Origin: an uncultured Spirochaetaceae bacterium
GTDB taxonomy: Bacteria; Spirochaetota; Spirochaetia; SZUA-6; DRHE01
NCBI GenBank assembly: GCA_964604845.1
Contig: CAZSBH010000007.1
Location: 13,215-77,214, forward strand
Direction of reading: 5' to 3'
Length of the DNA stretch: 64,000 bases
This document shows, one piece after another, positions 19,996 through 29,354 of this stretch (positions are counted from its first letter, which is position 1; each line of letters begins with the position of its first letter). The notes beneath the pieces are model-generated. The model was not told where the DNA came from, did no database searches, and saw only the letters and a list, made by a program, of their open reading frames with translations. A program made the translations under genes and the position numbers.

Positions 19996-20412
19996 ATGAT
20001 TTTTCAAGGACGTTTTGAAAAAACAATCGATCTGCTCAAGCGAGGTATGGATATTTCCGTCTTGAGGCGAAACGTAATCGCCAACAACATCGCCAATGCG
20101 GAAACTCCAAACTTCAAGCGGACGGTTGTGAACTTCGAGTCCGCACTGAAGCGGGCATTGGACTCGGAAAAGGTGCGGCCCCCGCGGCAGTTCATCACCG
20201 ACAGCCGGCATATCCCATTTCATCAACCGATAGACTACAGAACCGTTCGGCCGCGGCTGGTGCTGGACTACCTTACCACGGCAAAGAACAACGGCAACAA
20301 CGTGGACATAGAAGAGGAGGGCATGCTGTCTCTGGAGAACCAGCTGCTCTATCAAACCATGGCGCAGGCGATTTCCAGCGAGTTTACCCGGGTGAACCTG
20401 GTGCTTCGCTAG
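19996..20412 (+). CDS. flgB: flagellar basal-body rod protein FlgB
   Basis: ANNIANAETPNFKR rod motif. First gene of the flagellar block. Confidence 0.9.
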   Translation: MIFQGRFEKTIDLLKRGMDISVLRRNVIANNIANAETPNFKRTVVNFESALKRALDSEKVRPPRQFITDSRHIPFHQPIDYRTVRPRLVLDYLTTAKNNGNNVDIEEEGMLSLENQLLYQTMAQAISSEFTRVNLVLR

Positions 20413-20439
20413 ACCGCGGAGCTGCAGCAGGAGGAATAG

Positions 20440-20898
20440 ATGGGTTTATTTACAACGATTAACACGGCGGCTACGGGGCTGACGGCGCAGCGCACACGCC
20501 TGGACGTGATTGCCAACAATATCGCCAATGTGAACACCACCCGGACGAGCGAGGGAGGAGCCTTTCGCCGCAGCCGGGTCATCTTTCGACCCAGAGTTTC
20601 CCAACCCTACTGGCGCAGTCCCTTTCTTCCCGCCTATCTCAAAGAACAGATCGGCAGCGGAGTGAGGGTGGTCAACGTAGAGAAGGATTACGACGCTGAA
20701 GTGAGGTTGGTATACGATCCGACCCATCCCGATGCCATCCAATCGGGACCCCGTAAGGGTTATGTGGAATACCCAAACGTGAATGTGGTAAACGAGATGG
20801 TGGATATGATCTCGGCCTCACGGGCTTATGAGGCCAATGTGGCGATCATGAACGGCAGCAAGAGCATGTTCTTGAAGGCTCTGGAGATCGGGAGGTAA
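20440..20898 (+). CDS. flgC: flagellar basal-body rod protein FlgC
   Basis: LDVIANNIANVNTTRT and C-terminal SRAYEANV motifs. Confidence 0.9.
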   Translation: MGLFTTINTAATGLTAQRTRLDVIANNIANVNTTRTSEGGAFRRSRVIFRPRVSQPYWRSPFLPAYLKEQIGSGVRVVNVEKDYDAEVRLVYDPTHPDAIQSGPRKGYVEYPNVNVVNEMVDMISASRAYEANVAIMNGSKSMFLKALEIGR

Positions 20899-20901
20899 TC
20901 G

Positions 20902-21240
20902 ATGGATCTGCTTTCACCTTTGTCAGCCAAGGGACACGTGATCGAGCTTCAGGCGAGCGATCCCCGGCACATTTCCACTTCTCGCGGGGCGGTGAAACCC
21001 CCGGCAGGTTCTAGTCCCGAGGCTGGGTTCGGGAAGCTGTTTTTTGATGCGCTGAACAACGTCAACGATTTGCAGCACACAACCATGGACCTTACCGAGG
21101 CGATGATGACGGATCCGGACTCTGTGGACGTTCATGATGTCACTGTAGCCATTGCCGAGGCAAATCTGGCACTGTCGATGACCAAAGCGATCATGGACAG
21201 GGCGATCCGGGCGTATCAGGAGATCATCAACACGCGATGA
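20902..21240 (+). CDS. fliE: flagellar hook-basal body complex protein FliE
   Basis: 112 aa. C-terminal DVHDVTVAIAEANLALSMTKAIMDRAIRAYQEI matches the FliE pattern. Confidence 0.85.
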   Translation: MDLLSPLSAKGHVIELQASDPRHISTSRGAVKPPAGSSPEAGFGKLFFDALNNVNDLQHTTMDLTEAMMTDPDSVDVHDVTVAIAEANLALSMTKAIMDRAIRAYQEIINTR

Positions 21241-21290
21241 TTATGAAGCTTACGTAGGAGCAATCGTACGTTCATATATGGGAGGGGAGA

Positions 21291-23000
21291 ATGAACGAGT
21301 GGTTAAGACAATTTCTGAACCAGATAAAAACTCTCTGGGGTAGGTGGAACCTTACCCAGAAGATCATCCTGTTTTCTACAGTCGGTGTGGCTGTTCTGGC
21401 CGTCATCCTGATTGCGCTGTTCAGCTCCGCACCGACGATGGTGCCGCTGATCGGGACGCAAATCACGGACGAAAACAATCTGGCCCGCATCGTTACGGTC
21501 CTCGACGAGGAGGGAGTCACCTACAAGGTGAGCCCGGAGAACATGATTTATGTGGCAGACGAGTCCACCGCCCGCAGGATCCGAGCGATTTTGATCCGAG
21601 AGGATCTTATCCCTCCGAAGACGGATCCCTGGGCGATCTTCGACGTGGAACGCTGGACTCTGACAGACTTTGAACGGGATGTGAATCTGCAACGGGCCAT
21701 TACGAGAAATCTTGAACAGCACATCCTCGCACTGGATGACGTGGATGCGGCCAGTGTGACCCTGGTGGTGCCTCGGCCTGAACTCTTTGAAGAAGACCAG
21801 GACCCGGTGACCGCCTCTGTGATCATTACCCCCAAGCCGGGCTCGGATATCACGGAAAATCGCAAGAAGATCGAAGGAATCGTTAGCCTTATCAAGTTCG
21901 CCGTAGCGGGTCTCCAGGATGAGAACATCGTGATCACGGATCAGAACGGGCTGCAGCTCAACGATTTCGCCGGTCTGGAGGATGTCGACAGAATCGAGGT
22001 CGCCCGTCGAGAGATCAGAACCAAGAAGGAGCTGGAACAACAGTACAAGGCGGAGATCCTCAAATCGCTGCGGGCCATCTTCAGCTTCAACAGGGTGGAG
22101 ATCGTCAAACTGGATATCAATCTGGACATGAGCAAGCAGACCGTCAACACGGAGGAGCATTTTCCGGTCACCATGAAGAAAGACAATCCCCGCACCCCCT
22201 TCGACGAATCGGAGGTAGTGCCCTCTATAACCCTTTCCAAGGAGGTAACGGAGGAGCACTTCGAAGGTACGGGATTCAATCCCGAAGGTCCTCCGGGCCA
22301 GGAGGGGCAAACTCCCCCGGCCTACAAAGATCTCTCCAATCTGGTGGGGAAATACGATCAATCCTCCCTAATTCAGAACGAGGTGGTCAATAAGAAGAGC
22401 ACCTATGAGGAAAAGAGTCCGTGGAGCATCGACAGGATCACCACAGGGGTGGCTATTGATGGAGTGTGGCGCAGGGTATACAATGAAAATGGTCAGCTGG
22501 AGTTGAATCCGGATGGCAGCATCAAGCGGGAGTACACTCCGGTCAGCGACGAAGATTTGAGCAAAGCGGAAGCTCTGATCAAGGATGCAATCGGCTATAA
22601 CCGCGATCGGGGGGATTCGGTCACCGTAGAGCACATTCCTTTCGACAGGGGTGGTCAATTCGGGTCGGAGGATGAAGAGTTCCGCCGACAGCGGCAGACG
22701 CGAACCACGATCATTTCGGTCATCATCGGTATCGGGGCGATTATTTTTGCCGCCATCCTGTATCGTTTGATCGCCAAAGAGTTGGAGCGCAGGAGGCGGC
22801 TGCGGGAAGAAGAGCTGGCTCGCCAGCATCAGGCTATGCGCGAGGCTGCCTTGCGCAGAGCTGAAGAGGAGGGAGCGGATGTCGAGCTCTCGGTTGAAGA
22901 ACGGGCTCGGATGGAGATGCAGGAAAATGCGGTCAATATGGCCCGGGAGCATCCCGAGGATGTGGCCCAGCTGATCCGAACCTGGCTGTTAGAGGAGTAG
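21291..23000 (+). CDS. fliF: flagellar MS-ring protein FliF
   Basis: N-terminal TM, YscJ/FliF-type periplasmic domains, second TM (IISVIIGIGAIIFAAILY) and charged C-terminus. Confidence 0.9.
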   Translation: MNEWLRQFLNQIKTLWGRWNLTQKIILFSTVGVAVLAVILIALFSSAPTMVPLIGTQITDENNLARIVTVLDEEGVTYKVSPENMIYVADESTARRIRAILIREDLIPPKTDPWAIFDVERWTLTDFERDVNLQRAITRNLEQHILALDDVDAASVTLVVPRPELFEEDQDPVTASVIITPKPGSDITENRKKIEGIVSLIKFAVAGLQDENIVITDQNGLQLNDFAGLEDVDRIEVARREIRTKKELEQQYKAEILKSLRAIFSFNRVEIVKLDINLDMSKQTVNTEEHFPVTMKKDNPRTPFDESEVVPSITLSKEVTEEHFEGTGFNPEGPPGQEGQTPPAYKDLSNLVGKYDQSSLIQNEVVNKKSTYEEKSPWSIDRITTGVAIDGVWRRVYNENGQLELNPDGSIKREYTPVSDEDLSKAEALIKDAIGYNRDRGDSVTVEHIPFDRGGQFGSEDEEFRRQRQTRTTIISVIIGIGAIIFAAILYRLIAKELERRRRLREEELARQHQAMREAALRRAEEEGADVELSVEERARMEMQENAVNMAREHPEDVAQLIRTWLLEE

Positions 23001-23003
23001 GAG

Positions 23004-24083
23004 ATGGCAAAGAGGGAAGCAAGCGCTGCCGTCCAGGCGGCACCGCCGCCGGGCAAGAAGACAAGAGCCCACGTCGGACCGAAGAAGCAGCTGACGGGCC
23101 GCCAGAAGGCAGCTATATTCATAATTACTCTGGGGCACGAGATCGCCTCGGATATCTTCAAGCATCTGAGGGATGACGAGATCGAGCAGCTTACCTTCGA
23201 AATCGCCCGCAATGAATCGATAGATCCGGGGGATCGGGATCAGGTCCTGATGGAGTTTCAGGAGCTGATGATGGCCCAGGACTTCATTTCCACGGGTGGC
23301 ATCGAATACGCCCGAGAACTGTTGGAGAGATCGGTAGGCAGCCAGAAAGCCGTAGATATCATCAACCGTCTGACCAGCTCTCTGCAGGTACGTCCCTTCG
23401 ACTTCATCCGCAGAACCGATCCAGCCCATCTGCTCAACTTCATCCAGCAGGAGCACCCCCAGACCATCGCCCTGATTCTGGCCTATCTGGAGCCCAACAA
23501 GGCTTCGGTTATCCTCGGCGCGCTTCCCAGCGAGGTGCAGTCCGACGTAGCCAAGAGGATTGCCACCATGGACAGAACCTCGCCGGAGATTCTGCGGGAG
23601 GTTGAGCGGGTGCTGGAGAAGAAACTCTCCACGCTGTCCTCGGAGGACTATACCGCCGCCGGTGGTGTAGAAAGCATCGTCGAGATTCTCAACCTGGTAG
23701 ATCGCTCAACGGAAAAGGGGATCATCGAGCGTCTCGAAGAGGATGATCCGGAGCTGGCCGAGGACATCAAGAAGCGGATGTTCGTGTTCGAGGACATTGT
23801 GCTACTCGATGACCGGGCGATACAGAAAGTTCTCCGTGAAGTAGACACCACCGAACTGGCCAAGGCCCTGAAGGCCGTCGATTCGGAGGTGCAGGATAAG
23901 ATCTTCCGCAACATGAGCAAGCGAGCAGCAACCCTCCTGAAAGAGGATATGGACTATATGGGACCGATCCGTCTTAAGGACGTGGAGGAGGCTCAGCAGC
24001 GGATCGTTTCAATCATCCGCAAACTCGAAGAGCAGGGAGAGATCGTGGTCGCCCGAGCCGGCGAGGACGAACTGGTAGTTTGA
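23004..24083 (+). CDS. fliG: flagellar motor switch protein FliG
   Basis: LTGRQKAAIFIITLG, EHPQTIALILAYL, MFVFEDI motifs. About 35-aa basic N-terminal extension. Confidence 0.95.
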   Translation: MAKREASAAVQAAPPPGKKTRAHVGPKKQLTGRQKAAIFIITLGHEIASDIFKHLRDDEIEQLTFEIARNESIDPGDRDQVLMEFQELMMAQDFISTGGIEYARELLERSVGSQKAVDIINRLTSSLQVRPFDFIRRTDPAHLLNFIQQEHPQTIALILAYLEPNKASVILGALPSEVQSDVAKRIATMDRTSPEILREVERVLEKKLSTLSSEDYTAAGGVESIVEILNLVDRSTEKGIIERLEEDDPELAEDIKKRMFVFEDIVLLDDRAIQKVLREVDTTELAKALKAVDSEVQDKIFRNMSKRAATLLKEDMDYMGPIRLKDVEEAQQRIVSIIRKLEEQGEIVVARAGEDELVV

Positions 24084-24203
24084 GTGTAATCCGAAGGTGC
24101 CCGAAGGGCAGTGGCCGAAATGCCGGTGCAGCCATTCCGGAGGTGTCCGAAGGACAGTAGGCGGATCAGCACCGGCGTGAGTGTAATCCGAAGGTGCCCG
24201 AAG
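24081..24203. repeat. 26-bp perfect direct repeat flanking a 71-bp insert in the fliG-fliH spacer
   Basis: TGAGTGTAATCCGAAGGTGCCCGAAG occurs at 24081-24106 (includes the fliG stop) and at 24178-24203. The insert contains an 8-bp stem, GCCGGTGC (24122-24129) with GCACCGGC (24170-24177), and repeated CCGAAG hexamers. Confidence 0.85.
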
Positions 24204-24221
24204 ATCAAGGAGCTGTAAGAC

Positions 24222-25133
24222 GTGGCAAAGAATGTCTTTAGAGCAGATGAGATTCTCTATCAGTCCCGCAAGGTGTTTATTAAACCTCCGCAGGTCGAAG
24301 TGGAGGAAACGCCTGAGGAGATCGTAAGTCTCGAGGAGTTTGGCGTACCCACCGTGGAGGATCTGCGGCGGGAGGCGGACGAGTTCAAGACGAATTGGGA
24401 AGAGGAAAAAGCCCGTCTGATTCAGGTCGCCCGGGACGAGGCGGAGGGGATCAAGAAGGAAGCTGAGCGGGCCGCCTTCGACGAGGTCAAGCGCAAGAAC
24501 AACCAGGCCCAGAAGATCCGCCAGGAGGCGGAAGACGAGGCTAAACGGATCGTTGAGGAAGCCAAAAAAACGGCGGAGGAACTGGAAGCGGAGATTCAAT
24601 CGAAGGTCGACAAAGTGGAGAAGGAGGCCTTCGGAAAAGGCCACGCCGAAGGCAGGGAAGAAGGTTTCCAGGAGGGCCGCCAGGAAGTGGAACGCCTCGT
24701 GGATACGCTGCAGAAAATCGTTTCCGCGGCCATCGATAAGAGGAATGAGATCATTCAGGGGTCGGAAACTCAGGTCATCAATCTGGTTCTCCTGATTTCC
24801 AAAAAGGTGATCAAGGTGATCTCTGAGAATCAGAGGAACGTGGTCATCAACAACGTGGTCCAGGCGCTGCGCAAACTAAAGAGCCGCGGCGATGTGGTCA
24901 TTCGGGTGAACCTGGACGATGTCGAGCTGACCTCCGACCATATCAACGATTTCATGAAGATGGTTGAAAATGTGAAATCCGTTACCGTTCTCGAGGATAG
25001 CTCGGTGGACCGGGGGGGGTGTATCATAGAGACCGACTTCGGTCAAATAGATGCGCGGATCTCCTCTCAACTCCACGAGATAGAGGAAAAAATTGTAGAG
25101 TTGGCGCCGATCCGCTCCAAAGGAGAAGGATAA
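24222..25133 (+). CDS. fliH: flagellar assembly protein FliH
   Basis: E/K-rich coiled-coil middle (EAEDEAKRIVEEAKKTAEELEAE) and FliH-type C-terminal domain (GGCIIETDFGQIDARI). GTG start behind AAGGAG. Confidence 0.8.
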   Translation: MAKNVFRADEILYQSRKVFIKPPQVEVEETPEEIVSLEEFGVPTVEDLRREADEFKTNWEEEKARLIQVARDEAEGIKKEAERAAFDEVKRKNNQAQKIRQEAEDEAKRIVEEAKKTAEELEAEIQSKVDKVEKEAFGKGHAEGREEGFQEGRQEVERLVDTLQKIVSAAIDKRNEIIQGSETQVINLVLLISKKVIKVISENQRNVVINNVVQALRKLKSRGDVVIRVNLDDVELTSDHINDFMKMVENVKSVTVLEDSSVDRGGCIIETDFGQIDARISSQLHEIEEKIVELAPIRSKGEG

Positions 25134-25166
25134 CGGCGAAAACCCATTTTTCAGGGAGGGGAAAAA

Positions 25167-26540
25167 GTGGGACTATTCGATAAATACGCTTTCACGTTAG
25201 AAAAAATCGATCCCATTAAATACACAGGAGTGGTTCAGAGGGTCCAGGGGGGGCTGATCATTGAGTCGAAGGGACCCCGGGCAGTGGTGGGGGAGCTGTG
25301 CCAGATCGTCCTGCCGGAGAGTCGAAGGATCATCTGGGCTGAAGTCGTGGGCTTGCGAGACCAGACCGTTCAGATCATGCCCTATGACGAGATGGAAGGC
25401 ATCACAGTGGGTTCCAAGGTCATTGCCATGGGCGAGCAGCTCACCATCCCGGTCTCCGAAAAGCTGCTGGGCAGAGTGCTCGACGCCATGGGTAAACCTA
25501 TGGACGGGAAAGGGGATATCGGTTCTTCCGTCTGGTACCCAATCTACCAGTCCCCTCCGGATGTGCTTCGCCGTCCCCGAATCGAACAGAAGGTCGGAAC
25601 GGGAATCCGGTCTATAGACTCCCTGGTCACTGTAGGCAAGGGGCAGCGGATGGGAATTTTCTCCGGCAGCGGTATCGGCAAATCCACTCTTCTGGGTATG
25701 ATCGCCCGCAATACCTCCGCTGACGTCAGTGTTATCGCCCTGATCGGTGAGCGCGGGCGGGAAGTACGGGACTTCATCGAAAACGACCTGGGGCCGGATG
25801 GTCTGGAACGTTCGGTGCTTGTCGTCGCCTCCTCGAACAAACCTCCCCTGTCGAGAATTCGGGGTGCCTATGTAGCCACGGCGATCGCAGAGTACTTCCG
25901 TGACCAGGGGAAAGACGTCATGCTGCTCTTCGATTCGGTGACTCGTTTTGCCCGGGCGCAGCGAGAGATCGGCCTGGCCGTAGGCGAGCCGCCGGCTAAC
26001 CGCGGATTCACCCCTTCGGTATTTTCTCTGCTTCCCAAGCTGCTGGAGCGCAGCGGGACCTCCCCGAAGGGGACTGTGACCGGTTTCTATTCTGTTCTAG
26101 TCGAAGGGGATGATCTGGACGAGCCGATCTCTGATGCTGTGCGGGGGATTCTCGACGGGCACGTCGTGCTTGCCCGCAATCTGGCCCAGAAAAACCACTA
26201 CCCCGCGGTGGACGTGCTGCAGTCGGTGTCCAGACTAGCCGAGAAGGTAACAGGAGCGAATATCAAGAAAGCCGCCGGCAGTCTGCGCCGAATGCTCGCA
26301 ACCTATAGAGAGGCGGAAGATCTGATCAACGTAGGAGCGTACGTGGAAGGGTCGAACGCCGAGATTGACGAGGCGATTGCCAAGATGCCGGAGATCAACG
26401 AGTTCCTCGTTCAGGCCATCGATGAAAAGCATCCGATAGAAGAAACGTATCGTCGCTTGGGCGAAATCGTCGGTATATCCATCCCGGAGGAGGAATTGGG
26501 GAGTGAAGCGATTTCGCTTCAGGCTCGAGCGGCTACTTGA
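25167..26540 (+). CDS. fliI: flagellum-specific ATP synthase FliI
   Basis: GSGIGKSTLLGMI Walker A, VMLLFDSVTRFA Walker B, T3SS ATPase architecture. Confidence 0.95.
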   Translation: MGLFDKYAFTLEKIDPIKYTGVVQRVQGGLIIESKGPRAVVGELCQIVLPESRRIIWAEVVGLRDQTVQIMPYDEMEGITVGSKVIAMGEQLTIPVSEKLLGRVLDAMGKPMDGKGDIGSSVWYPIYQSPPDVLRRPRIEQKVGTGIRSIDSLVTVGKGQRMGIFSGSGIGKSTLLGMIARNTSADVSVIALIGERGREVRDFIENDLGPDGLERSVLVVASSNKPPLSRIRGAYVATAIAEYFRDQGKDVMLLFDSVTRFARAQREIGLAVGEPPANRGFTPSVFSLLPKLLERSGTSPKGTVTGFYSVLVEGDDLDEPISDAVRGILDGHVVLARNLAQKNHYPAVDVLQSVSRLAEKVTGANIKKAAGSLRRMLATYREAEDLINVGAYVEGSNAEIDEAIAKMPEINEFLVQAIDEKHPIEETYRRLGEIVGISIPEEELGSEAISLQARAAT

Positions 26541-26946
26541 GCTCCGTTCGTATCGGGAGCGGCAGTGGTTGGCCAAGCTGGCTACCGCCTCCGGACACTG
26601 TATCCGGCTGTCCCACAGGATCACAGAAACCAGTGAGGCAGCCCGAGGAGCGTTCTACACGGATATCAGGAGGGGACACGAGCTGGATCTGTCTCTTCTT
26701 ACCTATAGGGAACACTACATCAACAGGATGAACCTGGAGCAGAGGAAACTAAAAAAGGAATTGGAAGAAAAGTTGCGCCGCCGCTCGGAGGTGCAGAAAA
26801 AGTACCAAGAGGTCTCGCGGGACAAGAAAGTGCTCGAAAATCTGAAAAGCAAACGAGAATCGGAATACTATGCACAGGCAAAACTGGAAGAGTTTAAGAT
26901 CACCGACGACCTGAACTCCAGCCAATTTATCAGGAAAAGCCAATGA
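26503..26946 (+). CDS. fliJ: flagellar export chaperone FliJ
   Basis: 147 aa all-helical protein. MKRFRFRLERLLELR start is typical of FliJ. Sits after fliI. Confidence 0.75.
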   Translation: MKRFRFRLERLLELRSYRERQWLAKLATASGHCIRLSHRITETSEAARGAFYTDIRRGHELDLSLLTYREHYINRMNLEQRKLKKELEEKLRRRSEVQKKYQEVSRDKKVLENLKSKRESEYYAQAKLEEFKITDDLNSSQFIRKSQ

Positions 26947-27578
26947 GAGGGGATAGAGCCGTGACGGATTACAGTTCAGTTGGAGCGGGTTTCCGGATTT
27001 TGATACTTCTGCTCCTGGTGGCGGTTCTCGTGTTGGGCGGGCTGGTTTGGTTCGATTACCTGGGAATTGTGGATGCTCAAGGATTGCTGGCGCCCGTCTT
27101 CACCATGATCCGGGGGGAGAAAATCGTGGTGGATGCGGAGGATCCCCTGCTATTGGACAAGGAAAGGCTGGCCAAGCAACTCGAGGCGTTGTCGATTCGT
27201 TCCGAGGAACTGAATGCCTGGGAGCAGGGCCTTGATGCCAATCAGGCCGAGGTCAATCAGATGATGGAGCAGCTGGAGGAGCGGGAGAAGACGGTCGAGG
27301 ATCGAGAAAAAGTGTTTAATGAACGTTTGCAGGCATTCGACAATAGAAGAGTGAACCTGCGGCAGAATGCGGATTATCTGGTAGGCATGCCTCCGGAAAA
27401 CGCTGTGAAAATTCTGTTGCAAATGGAAGATCAGGACGTGATCGACATCTTTCGTATGACAGAGGAGCAAGCCCAGGCAGCCGGGGAGGTTTCCCTGGTG
27501 TCCTATTGGCTCTCCCTTATGCCTGCCGATCGGGCTGCGGTTCTTCAACGGAAAATGTCGCGAAAGCCAGGGGGTTAG
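26943..27578 (+). CDS. flbB: FlbB/YlxF-like flagellar protein (N-terminal TM, coiled coil, MgtE_N/MotE-like segment)
   Basis: TM FRILILLLLVAVLVLGGLVWF. Segment PPENAVKILLQMEDQDVIDIF. Occupies the fliJ-X-fliK slot held by flbB in Borrelia. Confidence 0.6.
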   Translation: MRGDRAVTDYSSVGAGFRILILLLLVAVLVLGGLVWFDYLGIVDAQGLLAPVFTMIRGEKIVVDAEDPLLLDKERLAKQLEALSIRSEELNAWEQGLDANQAEVNQMMEQLEEREKTVEDREKVFNERLQAFDNRRVNLRQNADYLVGMPPENAVKILLQMEDQDVIDIFRMTEEQAQAAGEVSLVSYWLSLMPADRAAVLQRKMSRKPGG

Positions 27579-27581
27579 AAT

Positions 27582-28859
27582 TTGCTCCAGTCCCTTTTAG
27601 AATTTGCTTCCCCGAAGATCGCGAAGACAGAGGCGGTCGCTCAAAGCCCCGCGTCTCCAGCCGCTCAGGCCCTCGCGGGAAAAAAGGCCGGCGAAAAAGT
27701 GGGGGAAGCCCCCGGTAACTTTGCCAAGAGCCTCGAGGAAGCCCGGCGATCGAAACTCCGTCCGCCTGTAGAATCGGAGTCCGGGGAAGCGCGGGTACAG
27801 ACCGGAAAGCTCACTGGAAAAGATCTACAGAAAAAAATTGAACAGTTCCTCGCCGGCATCAGCCTGGAGGAGCTTTCCAGTCTGCTGTCTCAGCTCAGTC
27901 CCGAGGATTTGGCGATTTTTTCCGAAATCCTCCGAAGCAATAATTTAAAAGCAGACCCCGTCTTTTTTTCTGACGGTGCATCTGCGGCAGCGGAACCGGT
28001 TGTTGGAAAGCATGTGCAAGGAAACCGTAAGCTGGCCGATCTGCTCGACCGTCTAACCAAGTCTGTTGGCGCTGAGCGGGTTCTGAATGCAGGCGCCCTC
28101 GGTAAGGGTATGAACAAAGCCCGGACAGAAGACGCGAGGGAAGCCAAATTCGCAAAAGTTCCCAATATCGACAAGGTGGGTACAGCCGGAAACGAAGGAA
28201 AACGGACTAAGGTTGTGGTCCTGGATCTACGCAAAGGACGGGGGGAGACCGAACAGCTTCGGGAGGGTTTGACCGTTGAAAAAGCAGCTGCGGCCCGCGG
28301 CGATGGGAAAGCGGGATCGGTGGAGGGTGTGGAAAAGGATTTGTCCGTTCTGTTCCGGGGCAATTACGCCCAGAGAGTTCCGGCCCCCCCTGCGGAGGCG
28401 TCCCAGAGTGTACGAGCTCAAACGTTGCCCCAGAGATTTCAAGAGCGCTTCGTGCCGGAGGTGGTGAAACAGACGGGCATCATCCTTAAGGAGGGAGGCA
28501 CCGGGGAGATACGATTGGTGCTGAAGCCGGAGAACCTCGGCAGCGTTCGGATCCGGTTAGCTTTGAGCGAAAGCAGTTTAGAGGGCCGTATAGTTGTCGA
28601 CAATAATAGTGTTAAGGAGCTGGTCGAATCCAGTCTGGATAGTTTGAAAAACGCCTTGCGTCAGGAGGGTTTTCAAACGGCCAGTTTGGAGGTCTCCGTC
28701 GGACATCGCCGGAGCGGGGAAGGGGCTGCCCAAAACCAAGGGGAAGTGAGAACCCCGCTTTCAGGTTCATGGGGCGGTAGTTCCGAAGAGTTCGAGAAGG
28801 CGATCCCGATTTTTTGGGACTTCAGGCCGGACTATGAGCTGATAAATCTTTTCGTGTAG
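27582..28859 (+). CDS. fliK: flagellar hook-length control protein FliK
   Basis: C-terminal Flg_hook-type domain (GEIRLVLKPENLGSVRIRLALS...LKNALRQEGF). TTG start. Confidence 0.75.
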   Translation: MLQSLLEFASPKIAKTEAVAQSPASPAAQALAGKKAGEKVGEAPGNFAKSLEEARRSKLRPPVESESGEARVQTGKLTGKDLQKKIEQFLAGISLEELSSLLSQLSPEDLAIFSEILRSNNLKADPVFFSDGASAAAEPVVGKHVQGNRKLADLLDRLTKSVGAERVLNAGALGKGMNKARTEDAREAKFAKVPNIDKVGTAGNEGKRTKVVVLDLRKGRGETEQLREGLTVEKAAAARGDGKAGSVEGVEKDLSVLFRGNYAQRVPAPPAEASQSVRAQTLPQRFQERFVPEVVKQTGIILKEGGTGEIRLVLKPENLGSVRIRLALSESSLEGRIVVDNNSVKELVESSLDSLKNALRQEGFQTASLEVSVGHRRSGEGAAQNQGEVRTPLSGSWGGSSEEFEKAIPIFWDFRPDYELINLFV

Positions 28860-28892
28860 ACCGGTGAAACGAAGTGAAGGAACAGAAGGGCA

Positions 28893-29333
28893 ATGGACAT
28901 AACATCGTTACTTTCAGCCGATGACCTGGTGAATCTGACCAGGCAGGTGGAAAATTACAACAACGGTTTGAATCCGGCCAAAGCGGCCGGGCAGGGTCAA
29001 AATCTGGGGAAGGATGATTTCTTGAGGATTCTTCTGACCCAGCTGACCCACCAAGATCCAACCTCGCCGCTTGAAGACAAAGAGTTCGTGGCTCAAATGG
29101 CTCAGTTTTCCACTTTAGAACAGATGACAAACATGAGCGCCGAACTGGCAAAGGTCTTTGGAGTCATGGCCAAGAGCCAGGCGATTGGGCTTTTAGGAAA
29201 GACCGTTGATATCGTACTAGGAGAAAGCAAAATATCTGGGAGGGTTGAGGAAATCACAGGTAGTGAGTTTCCGCAAATTCTGGTACAGGGCCGATACTAC
29301 GACATCTCACAAATAGTGAGTGTGAAGGAATAG
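28893..29333 (+). CDS. flgD: flagellar hook capping protein FlgD
   Basis: LGKDDFLRILLTQLTHQDPTSPLEDKEFVAQMAQFSTLEQ is the canonical FlgD N-domain. Confidence 0.9.
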   Translation: MDITSLLSADDLVNLTRQVENYNNGLNPAKAAGQGQNLGKDDFLRILLTQLTHQDPTSPLEDKEFVAQMAQFSTLEQMTNMSAELAKVFGVMAKSQAIGLLGKTVDIVLGESKISGRVEEITGSEFPQILVQGRYYDISQIVSVKE

Positions 29334-29354
29334 CAAGGAGGAGCTTGTAAAGCC

